Part shown: positions 17,301-25,489 of the stretch, piece after piece
How positions within the stretch are numbered: position 1 is the first letter of the stretch
Layout: every line of letters starts with the position of its first letter
From: a virus
Lineage: Duplodnaviria > Caudoviricetes
Length of the DNA stretch: 38,424 nucleotides
Strand: one strand, 5' to 3'
IMG/VR virus record: IMGVR_UViG_3300031519_000075
Location: 1-38,424 of that record
Notes under the pieces: generated by a model
Database searches by the model: none
Seen by the model: the letters and a program-made list of their open reading frames with translations, nothing else
What the model was told of the DNA's origin: nothing
Translations under genes and position numbers: made by a program

Positions 17301-19437
17301 ATTTAAAATCACTTACAGGAGTTAGCGTACTAGCAGCATTGTACTTTGTTCTAGCTTGTACGTTAGTTGCTCTAAGTTCGTCTCCCATAATACAACATTC
17401 TGCAGGAACAATTATCGGAAGTACTTCTTTATACGATCCTGTCGAAATCCTAAGCAATGTAGTTTTAATTAACCTTGCTGGTATGTTAGTTGCAACGCCT
17501 GCTGTAATAGCATTTGTAATAATACTAGTTAAACTAGTAGTTTCGGCAGCAACACCAGTTTCAGCAGTTAATGTAGCATCAAGATATTGTACAACTATTG
17601 CTGTTGAATTATCGCCATTAGCTGTTTGGTAGTTTACAGCAGGTGCAGTTTGTGCTAATACGTTTGCAATTACTGTAAGTCCGTAGTTAATAGAAGCATT
17701 AGTTTCTGCTTCCTGGCCTAGTGTGTAAAATTGTGATGCTTCGTTAACATATTTTAATGCTGCTTCACGTGTGCGCACATTGCCACCGTGAGTAACGTCC
17801 CAAATAAGTGCGTCAACAATAAAGCCCATGTCTCTTTCACATTTGTCACTGTTGTAATCAAAAGTAGTTGTAAAAGGACTAGTGCCATCTACTATTTGCT
17901 TGTCTGTCCATTCTACTATTTCTCGCTGAATAAATCTTCTATTCAATTCTAAAAGTTTAGCAGCTTCTGGATTTTTTGATCCGCGTTCAATTTGCTGTGT
18001 AGCGTATCTAATAGTTTTATAAGGTCTATCAATTGATTTTCCGTATAATGGCGCAGGTTTATCTGTGCCATGCTCTGCTACAAAATATACATCATCTACA
18101 AAGTCTAAAGTTGACCATTCAGGAATGCCTGCAGAACTAACAGTTAATACTTGTCCATCATCACCAATAGGTAAACGTGTTGGACCAGCGCCACTGTAAT
18201 AAACCATATCGCCAGTAGTTGTTAATACACTAGACTCTGAACCTACAGCAATAACATTCCAGTATGTTCCAGTAATGTCTTGGTCTGGACGAGAATTTTC
18301 AGCTCCTCCGCCTGCGCCAACTTGTGTTTCAGTTGAATAGTCATCATCTTCTGCAACATGTGCTTTAATACACACATATGAGTTATCACCAAAGCGGATA
18401 ACATCACCTTGATAATAGTATTGGTCATCTAGCCACGTATTGCGCCAGGTAATACCAGTACTAAATCGTTGCCAATATGTAGCATTAGGTGGTTGTTGAC
18501 CATTATGATCAAGAATACATTTATATGTATATGCTCCAAGTCTTACAAGATCACCTACTAAGTAATCAATACTTGAAGAGTCGTCGCCCCAATCAGATCT
18601 AAATCTAAAGCCTTCTGAAAACAGGCTCCAATCATCTGTCTGAGTCGATGGAATTTTATTTAAATTTTCTGCTAGTGCAATATATTGATTTCCGCCATAT
18701 TTTACAATATCGCCAATTTGGTATGAATATTCATGTGACCAAATGTCTTCGTATTGGAAGCCATCAACAAACTTTGTCCAATATGCAGTGTCTGTAGAAA
18801 ATGCTGCTGCTGACGTATGTGCTGCTGACGCAATATAAGTGTTAGCTCCAAATCTTACAACGTCATTAGTTTTAAAACGTGTATCTGTAGACCATAAGCC
18901 TTTATAATCAAAGCCTTGATTAAATAATGACCAACTAGATAAATCTTCTTCAAGTCCTAGTGTGTCAGTTGCGGCAGATATGTGTGCAGCAGTACAAACG
19001 TATGATGAGCCGCCGTACTTAACAATGTCGTTAATCTTATAATCAAAACTTACGTCCCAATCGCCTTTCCATTCTAACCCGTCTGCAAATAACTGCCAGC
19101 TATCGATATCAGCTTCTAATCCAGTTGTTGAATCTTCTGCTGAAATATGCACTGCCTGGGCAATATATAGACGACCACCGTATTTTACAATATCATCGTA
19201 TACATAACTAGTCTGAGGTTGCCAATCACCTTTCCAAGTTTGCCCGTCACTTACTAGATTCCACTTCGGTGGACTAATGTCAAAGTCACCAAAGAAATCT
19301 GTTTCACTCGTATGTCCAATTACACATATGTATATTTTACCACCAAACGCAACTACGTCATCCTGGTAATAAACTGAACTTACTGTCCAGTTATTTTTCC
19401 ATACAAATCTTAATCTACCTAATTTAAATTCTGCCAT
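11365..19437 (-). CDS. Giant virion/fibre protein (2690 aa): CBM5/12-like repeats, beta-helix-type scaffold with six phycobiliprotein-like helical repeats, BNR/Asp-box propeller, conserved C-terminal GHDFLD domain
   Basis: W....Y...D.V.YGG..Y.C repeats; RSPYVQNCT; CxRD repeats; YSxDGxTW repeats. Paralogous to 19474-25488 at both termini. GGAG SD. Confidence 0.85.
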   Translation of the reverse strand: MAEFKLGRLRFVWKNNWTVSSVYYQDDVVAFGGKIYICVIGHTSETDFFGDFDISPPKWNLVSDGQTWKGDWQPQTSYVYDDIVKYGGRLYIAQAVHISAEDSTTGLEADIDSWQLFADGLEWKGDWDVSFDYKINDIVKYGGSSYVCTAAHISAATDTLGLEEDLSSWSLFNQGFDYKGLWSTDTRFKTNDVVRFGANTYIASAAHTSAAAFSTDTAYWTKFVDGFQYEDIWSHEYSYQIGDIVKYGGNQYIALAENLNKIPSTQTDDWSLFSEGFRFRSDWGDDSSSIDYLVGDLVRLGAYTYKCILDHNGQQPPNATYWQRFSTGITWRNTWLDDQYYYQGDVIRFGDNSYVCIKAHVAEDDDYSTETQVGAGGGAENSRPDQDITGTYWNVIAVGSESSVLTTTGDMVYYSGAGPTRLPIGDDGQVLTVSSAGIPEWSTLDFVDDVYFVAEHGTDKPAPLYGKSIDRPYKTIRYATQQIERGSKNPEAAKLLELNRRFIQREIVEWTDKQIVDGTSPFTTTFDYNSDKCERDMGFIVDALIWDVTHGGNVRTREAALKYVNEASQFYTLGQEAETNASINYGLTVIANVLAQTAPAVNYQTANGDNSTAIVVQYLDATLTAETGVAAETTSLTSIITNAITAGVATNIPARLIKTTLLRISTGSYKEVLPIIVPAECCIMGDELRATNVQARTKYNAASTLTPVSDFKYTYEGIKHLETVIGDIVDGTTVTPETGNTEDQNQTWPYAETTTVAPAAKKLARNIRRKIDIGLGTKVEASLKPAYELADLQLGRVRDINLLNKAFIQEELIGYITNQYPNLKYSRTKCKQDTGFIIDAIAYDLTYGGNWMSVKAGEAYYEGTNLQINSSEKLATLAAYGYLKDLVQTVGRNITVTPTYQSTVTQVNGVGGTEAAGNVARDLMLNIISIITSGTGTVARTYPSTVAASAAVKADFVNVKQSLSVIQEKTIDFINENFGSFTYKSAKCRRDLGLLIDDLSFDVALGTNYNGVFSGLAYQRPINAYNISAQRIETVGSIRSARDSLKISVTTDGSSATGSSNASARISTAFNEVVNIINNGAGSATALTFPSPVGVDQNRVDAKDNLIANKTFIEAEIIAWIQVQIAANTGNAGSIWYTFDYDSTKCARDVGFIVDAMCYDVLYGGTQATTRIAQSYFTNTTVYPAGQTAQTAAAYARLATVLSEVVQESSVTKSAGNAENQTTPGTPASGTEATAIDSNMQIIEDVITAGNLNSLPTVTFPSITWADAEYEVAFSDMASDKTQVVNTAIQYITTTYNTFVYDHAKCSRDLGIILDAAEFDTLLDTNFAGIQAALSYLRAPSKKIVGNQKTATIAANEYARQLLVAELGNATAIAGVNTTWEWVEDAIWSGSNEGGTNAVADQEVWNGIRQLELNKEFIVQEVLNHVDNHFKDRVSGIDINDNTLSIADTSWLSIGMPIKFYNDEDAGDSTDAVNNANLLESATYYVSDITSATAFKIADNQYGTATVFTEYGEGFVVEKAYVYNRALCARDLREYVDAMKWDLQWPQTWERIYTRTSAAGTVETITIHLPGFYRTPLAARYYVNSVIGSQEEDFYYLRNGTGVRLQTLDGLRGDLSPANAYGTSRPTAGAYASLDPGWGPDDSRAWITARSPYVQNCTTFGFAAIGQKIDGALHNGGNDSMVSNDFTQVISDGIGAWITNNGRAELVSVFTYYSHIGYLAEDGGRIRGTNGNNSYGTFGGVAEGVDPDETAITAVVDNRLQYNGVISNVFTDGIDNILQVEYSHAGNDYTEATINIFGAGDSEILVQEDFRDEAVNQIRVIEVDDSTGNPDATAGGSGYLVATNTAQGGTVNSITLAATDGNLSTAYVGMKLYIISGAGVGQFGIVNTYNSGTKLAAIIKETDGTSGWDHVVPGTTIVSANSSSSYLIEPRAAFTAPAKTNSKETITSGTYSRIDYVETSAQYTGVAVTTQSDGSGATFDVTRNGEKYYVTVNAVGTGYTRLDTVTVAGSLIGGVDTTNDLIITVTAVNADTGAITAFDNSGIGRKGRFVTLPRLPGLSGAGSYDGTTWVAETLASAASWHNIDSGAIDDGTTTFAQSYAVAVGTNGGNVVVNYSADTLAWSGVSSPFSGGSTESDVAFGQIATSVSRFIVIGNGSRNVAYSDNGGVSLTVTTDALPATGYNTVTYGAGLFVALKSGSQAMAWSADGITWTEVLTGLPATTNWTKVVFGNGRFVAVAANSNNIAYSLDGKSFTAVATALVSSTVRDIAYGQGMFVVTTDDTNQVSYSEDGVYWPAGGYTLSDTYTAGLEGIAFGNDNRNPKFVAIEYTAGVTTTNILNAKIGATTKGRSGVANGKLFEVRITDPGSGYGATTPTIAITDPNNIDDVLFTIRMNDGVLGQPTFVNRGSSFITATAEVDADESNGSANFLQDGQFVAVRQLSATPVNGSNIVFDSLPNQVFKLVNTVSLVGTIDGDKTAFLQVSPPMEIEDAVGDQDPVTMRIRFSQVRLTGHDFLDVGTGNTADTNYPGTPVNNPVQTNETVDSAGGRVFFTSTDQDGNFKVGDLFSIEQATGVATLNAEAFNIAGLQELSLGEVTLGGNSASVTEFSTDPFFTANSDNVVPTQRAIKAYIEAQIGGGGASLIVNSVTAGDIFVNGTQITTVSGSLINIKANVNFQGAVLGKPLAYNYFLR
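12560..13250 (-). repeat. BNR/Asp-box repeats (beta-propeller) in the 2690-aa protein
   Basis: SYDGTTW, YSADTLAW, YSDNGGVS, WSADGITW, YSLDGKSF, YSEDGVYW. Confidence 0.75.
14690..17964 (-). repeat. Six helical repeats with a C-x-R/Q-D motif (phycobiliprotein/globin-like)
   Basis: Cys codons at 17839-41 (KCERD), 16948-50 (KCKQD), 16474-76 (KCRRD), 16000-02 (KCARD), 15520-22 (KCSRD) and 14854-56 (LCARD). Spacing of the central four is 474, 474 and 480 nt. Confidence 0.85.
18260..19390 (-). repeat. Tandem CBM5/12-like (aromatic-rich) repeats, about 50 aa each
   Basis: About 8 copies of (K/R)GxW.....Y...D.V.(Y/F)G...Y.C...H. Confidence 0.7.
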
Positions 19438-19455
19438 TTATTGCTCCACTACACA

Positions 19456-19462
19456 TATTTAT
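19456..19462 (-). promoter_or_regulatory. Late promoter-like motif (G)ATAAATA
   Basis: Intergenic, upstream of the GGAG SD and ATG 19437. Confidence 0.65.
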
Positions 19463-19473
19463 CATTAATTTGG

Positions 19474-22400
19474 TTATTGCATATTAAATGATCTAAAGAA
19501 CATTATTTGCGCTAACATTGTGCCCTGTACATCAGTTACGTTTCCTAAAGCATCAGCACCATCAAAGGTAACAACTCTAGGGATATTTAGATACGACCCA
19601 CTTAGAATATCTATAATATTATTCTCTGTGCCTATTTTTACCTGTCCAGCAGTGATTGTGTTTGTCTCAAGATCCGAACCACCAACTGATAATCTATCAG
19701 CTAAGAAAGTTGCAATAGCTTTCTGAGTAGGAATAACTTGATTTGAATCTGCACTAAACGTTGCGTCTGTACTAAATTCGTTAACTGCTGCACCTGTACC
19801 ACCAAGTCTAACTCCGCCTAATGCTAGAGATGATAACCCGTCTAAGTCAAAGAACTCAGCACTAATAGTTACAACACCAGTTGCTTGGTTAACACCAAAC
19901 AATTCTCCTGCTCTAAAGTTACCGTCTTGATCAGTACTTACATAAAATACTCTTCCGCCTTCTACTTCAAGAATTTCGTTTTCTGGTGCGCTAGTAAAAT
20001 ATGCGCCGCCAGCGTATAAAGCAGGATAATTAGTTTGTAAAAAGTTTCCAGTACCGATATCTAAGAAATCGTGTCCACTAATACGACACTGACTATAACG
20101 AGTTCTTAAGGTTGCAGCAGTAGCATGTTCGAGATTAAACTCATTATCAATTGTCGGAGTAATTTGGAATTGAACATTCCTAGTATTGTTTCCTGAACCG
20201 TCATCTCCTAAGTCTGTTGCTTTTACTCCAACAAATAATTTTAAATCATCTGGATCGTCAGTTGTATCGTCTAATATATCAGCAATTCTAATTTGCACAC
20301 CTGGCCCTGGTAAAGGAAGAGGAACACCAGAAAGTACTAACTGATTTGCTTCAGGTATAATGTCAGCGTATCCGTCTCCAATAATTACAATAGTACTTGT
20401 ACTAGTTCGATAACCAGCACCTCTATCAATAAATTCAGGTTGTGCTAATACTCCGTTACCTAATCGTAAATCACTTTCTACTTGTGTAATAAACTGTGTA
20501 TCAAATATTGTTAGGGTTGGAGGATTAGCAGTTGAATATCCGCTACCTGGTTCCCATATTTTCATAATATTAAACGACCCTGAAGTAATATCTGCTCTAA
20601 CTTGTGCTGTTGCACCAACTTGTACTTGTGCAATTGCTGAGTTAGTTTCGTCATCTGCAAATACTATCCACTTCGGAACAGCAAGATCATTATTGAATGT
20701 TAGTACACTCCAGGACTTCTCATAATCAAAATTTCTACCAGTCCAAGTAATACAATCTTCTGTAGTAGCAAAGTATGTAGTAGGACCAGTAGTGTTATCA
20801 GCACCTATAACTGCTCCGCCTGTATCACAAATTGCTACAAATACTCCTTGTGCAAATTTAATATTTTTCCAATTCATTGAAGTCGAACCGTCTAAAGTAG
20901 GTGCGTCAGTGCCTGTAATCCAAGTTTCACCTTTGTTCAAACTCATTATAACTTCGCCGTTATTAGTAAGACCAATAAATCTATTTCTTCCATAAACTAA
21001 ACTAACAAAGCTAAAGTCTCCTGCAGGAAGAGCGTTATTGTATCTTGCCCACGTTACTCCGTTTGCAGAGTATGCAACATCTTTAGCTTGTGAACCTGAG
21101 ATAGCAACAAATCTTCCTGCGCCGTAAGCAACTGCTTGCCATTGGTCTCCGGAAGAGTCATCACCTACCGGTAATAGTCCAGCTGCCCAGTTTAGGCCAT
21201 CACTGCTGTACATTGCGTTCTGTGTACCTTCGCCTACTATAACAAATTTTCCGTTACCAAAAATACAATCTTTCCATGATGCTGTTTCTTCTCCTAGTGA
21301 TCGTTCTGTCCAACTCTGACCGTCTTCACTATACGCAATTTTATTAGTGTCTGTTGCAACTGCTATAAATTTATTTAATCCTGCTACTACTTTAACAAAC
21401 ACTCCTTCAAAAGGTAAATTACCTTCTAACCATTGCTCTCCATCGTCGCTATACGAAAACTTGCCATCAGTTGTGACTGCTACATATCTTCCAAGTCTCG
21501 GAGTACCAGTTGTTGTAAATGCAACAATACTATTGGTACTGTCTTCAGAATTTTCAGTAACAACAAACGTTAAATCGTTTAGTGGGCTTGTGCCGCCAAG
21601 TTCGGTGCCAGGTACAGTAATTGTGTCTCCAACAGCATACCCTGCACCGTCATTTAGTAGTGACGCTTCGTAAATTTTGCCTGATCGTATAACATTAATT
21701 CGAGCTTGAATTTGTGTTGCGTCTTCGTCAATAGCGCCAGTTCCTAATGTTAGTACAATGTTAGAATATGCTACAGTATTGCCGCCGTGTGCTATATCTG
21801 CCCACTGTCTTGAGTTAGGTAACGGATTATATTCTGATGCATCAAATAATGGTGCTGCACATGTTATCTTTGGTTCAATACGATATGTTGTTGTACTATC
21901 CATTGCTGCTTCTAAAGGAGTTCCAGGAATAATATGTTGCCACCCTGGTGTACCATCTGACTCTTTAATTACAGAAAGCAATTTACTAGGTTGGTCGTAA
22001 TCTGAAATCTCAGCGTACTGTCCTATTCCAGTTCCAGATATTATTACAACTCTCATACCTACAATTTCTGATTTAAACTGTGTTGTTTCATTAACATTAA
22101 GGGTAAGGCTTACAGATGAATCAAGTGTTACCTGTGCAGAGTTCTGCCTAATTAAATAATTAGATCCGCCTTTTGATCCTGATCCTTTTGAGTTAACAAG
22201 CCTAACTTCAAATAATCCGCCATCTCTAAAGTCTGTGTATTCTATATTTGCGTCTGCACCTGCGCCAACAATATCCGAATCTGCCGTTGTATATGCTTCT
22301 CCACAATTTGCATATTCAAAGATAAACAGTTCGTCAGCTGCTCCTCCAGCAATTGCATTATTTACTACAGCAGCAGAAGTTTGGTTATTAACTGTTGCAG

Positions 22401-25400
22401 ATATTGGTACTTCTGTAGCATCATTGCCTTCTGCAATACTACCAAAGTTTCCGTAAGAGTTGTTTCCGTTAGTAGCACGTATAACGCCACCATTTTCTGC
22501 TAGATATCCAACTTGACAGTAATATGTAAACACAGACACAAGTTCTACTCTTGCATTGTTTGTTACCCAAGCACCAATTCCGTCACTTAATACTTGTGTA
22601 AAGTCGTTTGCAACAACAGACCTATTGCCGCCGTTATGTAGTGCTCCGTCTACCTTACAACCTACACAAGAGTTTCCAATATTAGTTACACCTTGCATGT
22701 ACGGAGAACGATTCATAATCCAGCAACGTTCGTCGTCTGGTCCCCAACCTGGGTCGAGCGATACTAATGCGCCGCCTGTTGGTCTTTGATATTGTGCAAA
22801 GACGCCTGGAGGATTAAGAGAACCTTCTAATCCTTCTGTTGTCATATTTCGTAGACCAGTAGTGTCTCGCATATAAAGTAAGTCGTCTAATTTAGATCCT
22901 AGTACACTATTATAATATCTTCTAGCAGACATTGACGTTGCCCAGTTTCCTGTATAATTAAGATCTCTAGTGAACGCTCTAAGTAAGTGTCTAATGTCTT
23001 GTCGCATTTCTGCTTCTGGAAGAGTCTCAGTTGGAAATTCTCCTTGTGCATAAAGTATTAATTCTTTAGCAATAAATTCAAAGTTTCTATTAAGAATAGC
23101 TGCGGCATTTCCGTCACTAACACTACTAGAAGGCGTGTTAGTTCCAATTACAGTTGGAGCATCACCACTTCCTACGTTTGCGTCAATAAAGGCAACGTAA
23201 TCATCAATTAATTGATTTATTACTCCGACAGAACTAGTCTGTGCAAGAGGACCTGTTTTATCTTGTATAATAGTATTTAATTCGCTCATAGTAACAGTTT
23301 GTAAAGTTATTAGCGTAGGAAATATTTGTTTTAAACGTATAGTGTATGCTTCAATATATTTAAATGTATCTGCATATATTGCTTGCGGCCCTGAAGCTAC
23401 TACAGTAGTTGCTCTAAGTTCGTCGCCCATTACAACACAACCTGCAGGAACAGTAATAGGTCCTACTTCAGTAAATCTTCCTGTAGATACTGCTACTTTT
23501 GTAAGCTCTAGTGATTCATAGTTATCTTCTACATATTCACATGCATGCCTAACAGTTTTAAATGGAGTTCTCCAAGATGAACCAAATCCTATTTCGTCTT
23601 GACCATGCGGAGCAACAAAAATAGTATCCGAGTCTGCTATTACATTCCTCCAAAAAATTTCTAATTCTTGTGATGTACTGTCTACTTCAACAGATAGTAA
23701 TTGTGATGTTTTACCAATGCCAAGACGGTTGTCTGTTAATGTTGATAAATCACCTACTGCTTCTCTTGACAATCCAAAAGTTAATAAGTCACCTTTATAT
23801 AACATGGCACCCGGTTGTCCGGCTTGTACTAGTACATCCCAGTAGTCGTAACCAGATCCGTTGTCTCCAGGGAAACTATTAGCTGCTGAAAGATGTTCTA
23901 AATTACATACATACGCAGTACCAAAATAAGTAACAATTTCATTTCTGCTATAAATTATGTCTTCGTTCCAACTTGCTGAAAAGATTTTTCCCGGAACTAA
24001 TAATTCCCATACCTCGGGATCTAAATAATCAATACTACTTCCGTCTCCGTCAGCAATGCCAACATCTCTTACTGCATAATATATGTCGCCGCCGCGTTGA
24101 ACAATATCACCTGTTTTATAATCAACTGCATATGCATCAACTGTTGTAGCCGGTGACGCAATAGTCATCGACCCTCCCATAGATAGATTAACACCTGAGA
24201 AATAATACAAAGTTAATGTTTCGGTTGTAGGTACAGACAGTACTACTTGACGAGTTGTTGCTGTTAAAAAATTGTCGTAATATTCTGCTCTAGAAACTTC
24301 AAGTCTATCTATAATGTATGTAATAGCAGTAGGATTAGCATCTTCATAATATGCTCCACCGCCTGCTACACCGTTTTGTCGTGTACTAATCCCAATCGGA
24401 TTTGTTTTATCATCATACGTTGCATTTGAATCTAGAGACTGATCAAATATATAAGTTCTGCCTTTATATAGTGAAAGAGGGGCTTGTTCTACGCCATCAA
24501 TGTATATATTACCAGTTGCTTTAGAATCTACAGTATCAACACCTATTTTAACAATTAACGTTTCTGTAAGATTTTCAGGTCGGTTCCATTGTCCTCTAAA
24601 ATTGTAAGTCTTTGATAATAGTACCCAGTCGATTGTACTGTCGTCGGAATCATACACTTCAATACTAGACGGATTGCTATCTAAATTATTATTAGCAGCA
24701 TAATATAATGTACCGCCGTATCGTACTACGTCACCTTGGTTATAAGCAACTAATGGAGACCATACACTGTCAAATTGACTTCCTAGTAATTCTAATTCAA
24801 ACTTATCTTCGTCAATTTGTTCACTACCAGCTGTATGCGATTCTGTACACTTAAAAATACTTGCGCCGTATCTTACTAAGTCATTAACTATATATACAGT
24901 GTTAGGAACCCAAACTGCTTTATATTGGTAACCTTCATAAACAATTTTCCAATTTTCTAAAGTAGTTTCAAAAGATCCAGTACTATTATGAGTTTGAATA
25001 CATTGGTATACTATTCCGCCATATTTTACTACAGCGTTTAATCCATAGTCGGTGTCTATAGTCCAAGTTTGTAGATATTGTTGCCCGGCAACAAATAATG
25101 TCCAGTTTTGATTTACAGGTTGTATAGAGTCGTCTACATTAGGGGCATCAGCAGTAAAAGTATCTGATGTATGATTATAAGAGCATATGTACAGACTTCC
25201 CTGGAAGTTTACAATATCGCCTTTATCATATACAGTTTCAGTCGCCCAGTTTCCTAAAAAAGTTCTACCACTAGTCATTACAACCCATTTAGGCTGCGGC
25301 TCTGGTGGAGTAGATCCAGGTAACGTAGCATTTAAATCTGCTCTAAATAATGCGTTCGATGTGTGTGCAATTAAACAAACATAACTCTTTCCGCCTACAC

Positions 25401-25488
25401 GTATAATATCATCGCGTCTGTACGCAGTAGCAGTAGTCCAATCACCTTGCCATCTATATTTAAATTTATCTATACTAAATTCTGCCAT
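19474..25488 (-). CDS. Giant virion/fibre protein (2004 aa), paralogue of 11365-19437
   Basis: MAEFSIDKFKYRWQGDW start; CBM-like repeats; GDELRAT; RSPYMQGVT; Asp-box repeats; GHDFLDIGTGN...STDQDGNFRAG C-terminus. Confidence 0.85.
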   Translation of the reverse strand: MAEFSIDKFKYRWQGDWTTATAYRRDDIIRVGGKSYVCLIAHTSNALFRADLNATLPGSTPPEPQPKWVVMTSGRTFLGNWATETVYDKGDIVNFQGSLYICSYNHTSDTFTADAPNVDDSIQPVNQNWTLFVAGQQYLQTWTIDTDYGLNAVVKYGGIVYQCIQTHNSTGSFETTLENWKIVYEGYQYKAVWVPNTVYIVNDLVRYGASIFKCTESHTAGSEQIDEDKFELELLGSQFDSVWSPLVAYNQGDVVRYGGTLYYAANNNLDSNPSSIEVYDSDDSTIDWVLLSKTYNFRGQWNRPENLTETLIVKIGVDTVDSKATGNIYIDGVEQAPLSLYKGRTYIFDQSLDSNATYDDKTNPIGISTRQNGVAGGGAYYEDANPTAITYIIDRLEVSRAEYYDNFLTATTRQVVLSVPTTETLTLYYFSGVNLSMGGSMTIASPATTVDAYAVDYKTGDIVQRGGDIYYAVRDVGIADGDGSSIDYLDPEVWELLVPGKIFSASWNEDIIYSRNEIVTYFGTAYVCNLEHLSAANSFPGDNGSGYDYWDVLVQAGQPGAMLYKGDLLTFGLSREAVGDLSTLTDNRLGIGKTSQLLSVEVDSTSQELEIFWRNVIADSDTIFVAPHGQDEIGFGSSWRTPFKTVRHACEYVEDNYESLELTKVAVSTGRFTEVGPITVPAGCVVMGDELRATTVVASGPQAIYADTFKYIEAYTIRLKQIFPTLITLQTVTMSELNTIIQDKTGPLAQTSSVGVINQLIDDYVAFIDANVGSGDAPTVIGTNTPSSSVSDGNAAAILNRNFEFIAKELILYAQGEFPTETLPEAEMRQDIRHLLRAFTRDLNYTGNWATSMSARRYYNSVLGSKLDDLLYMRDTTGLRNMTTEGLEGSLNPPGVFAQYQRPTGGALVSLDPGWGPDDERCWIMNRSPYMQGVTNIGNSCVGCKVDGALHNGGNRSVVANDFTQVLSDGIGAWVTNNARVELVSVFTYYCQVGYLAENGGVIRATNGNNSYGNFGSIAEGNDATEVPISATVNNQTSAAVVNNAIAGGAADELFIFEYANCGEAYTTADSDIVGAGADANIEYTDFRDGGLFEVRLVNSKGSGSKGGSNYLIRQNSAQVTLDSSVSLTLNVNETTQFKSEIVGMRVVIISGTGIGQYAEISDYDQPSKLLSVIKESDGTPGWQHIIPGTPLEAAMDSTTTYRIEPKITCAAPLFDASEYNPLPNSRQWADIAHGGNTVAYSNIVLTLGTGAIDEDATQIQARINVIRSGKIYEASLLNDGAGYAVGDTITVPGTELGGTSPLNDLTFVVTENSEDSTNSIVAFTTTGTPRLGRYVAVTTDGKFSYSDDGEQWLEGNLPFEGVFVKVVAGLNKFIAVATDTNKIAYSEDGQSWTERSLGEETASWKDCIFGNGKFVIVGEGTQNAMYSSDGLNWAAGLLPVGDDSSGDQWQAVAYGAGRFVAISGSQAKDVAYSANGVTWARYNNALPAGDFSFVSLVYGRNRFIGLTNNGEVIMSLNKGETWITGTDAPTLDGSTSMNWKNIKFAQGVFVAICDTGGAVIGADNTTGPTTYFATTEDCITWTGRNFDYEKSWSVLTFNNDLAVPKWIVFADDETNSAIAQVQVGATAQVRADITSGSFNIMKIWEPGSGYSTANPPTLTIFDTQFITQVESDLRLGNGVLAQPEFIDRGAGYRTSTSTIVIIGDGYADIIPEANQLVLSGVPLPLPGPGVQIRIADILDDTTDDPDDLKLFVGVKATDLGDDGSGNNTRNVQFQITPTIDNEFNLEHATAATLRTRYSQCRISGHDFLDIGTGNFLQTNYPALYAGGAYFTSAPENEILEVEGGRVFYVSTDQDGNFRAGELFGVNQATGVVTISAEFFDLDGLSSLALGGVRLGGTGAAVNEFSTDATFSADSNQVIPTQKAIATFLADRLSVGGSDLETNTITAGQVKIGTENNIIDILSGSYLNIPRVVTFDGADALGNVTDVQGTMLAQIMFFRSFNMQ
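20740..21455 (-). repeat. BNR/Asp-box repeats in the 2004-aa protein
   Basis: YSDDGEQW, YSEDGQSW, YSSDGLNW, YSANGVTW, SLNKGETW, TTEDCITW. Confidence 0.75.
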
Positions 25489-25489
25489 C

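Noticed and set aside
14690-17964. A bona fide cpc/apc/cpe phycobilisome gene (photosynthesis AMG)
   Set aside because: The repeats are internal to a 2690-aa structural protein and only the B/E-helix region is recognisably similar, so no gene symbol was assigned.
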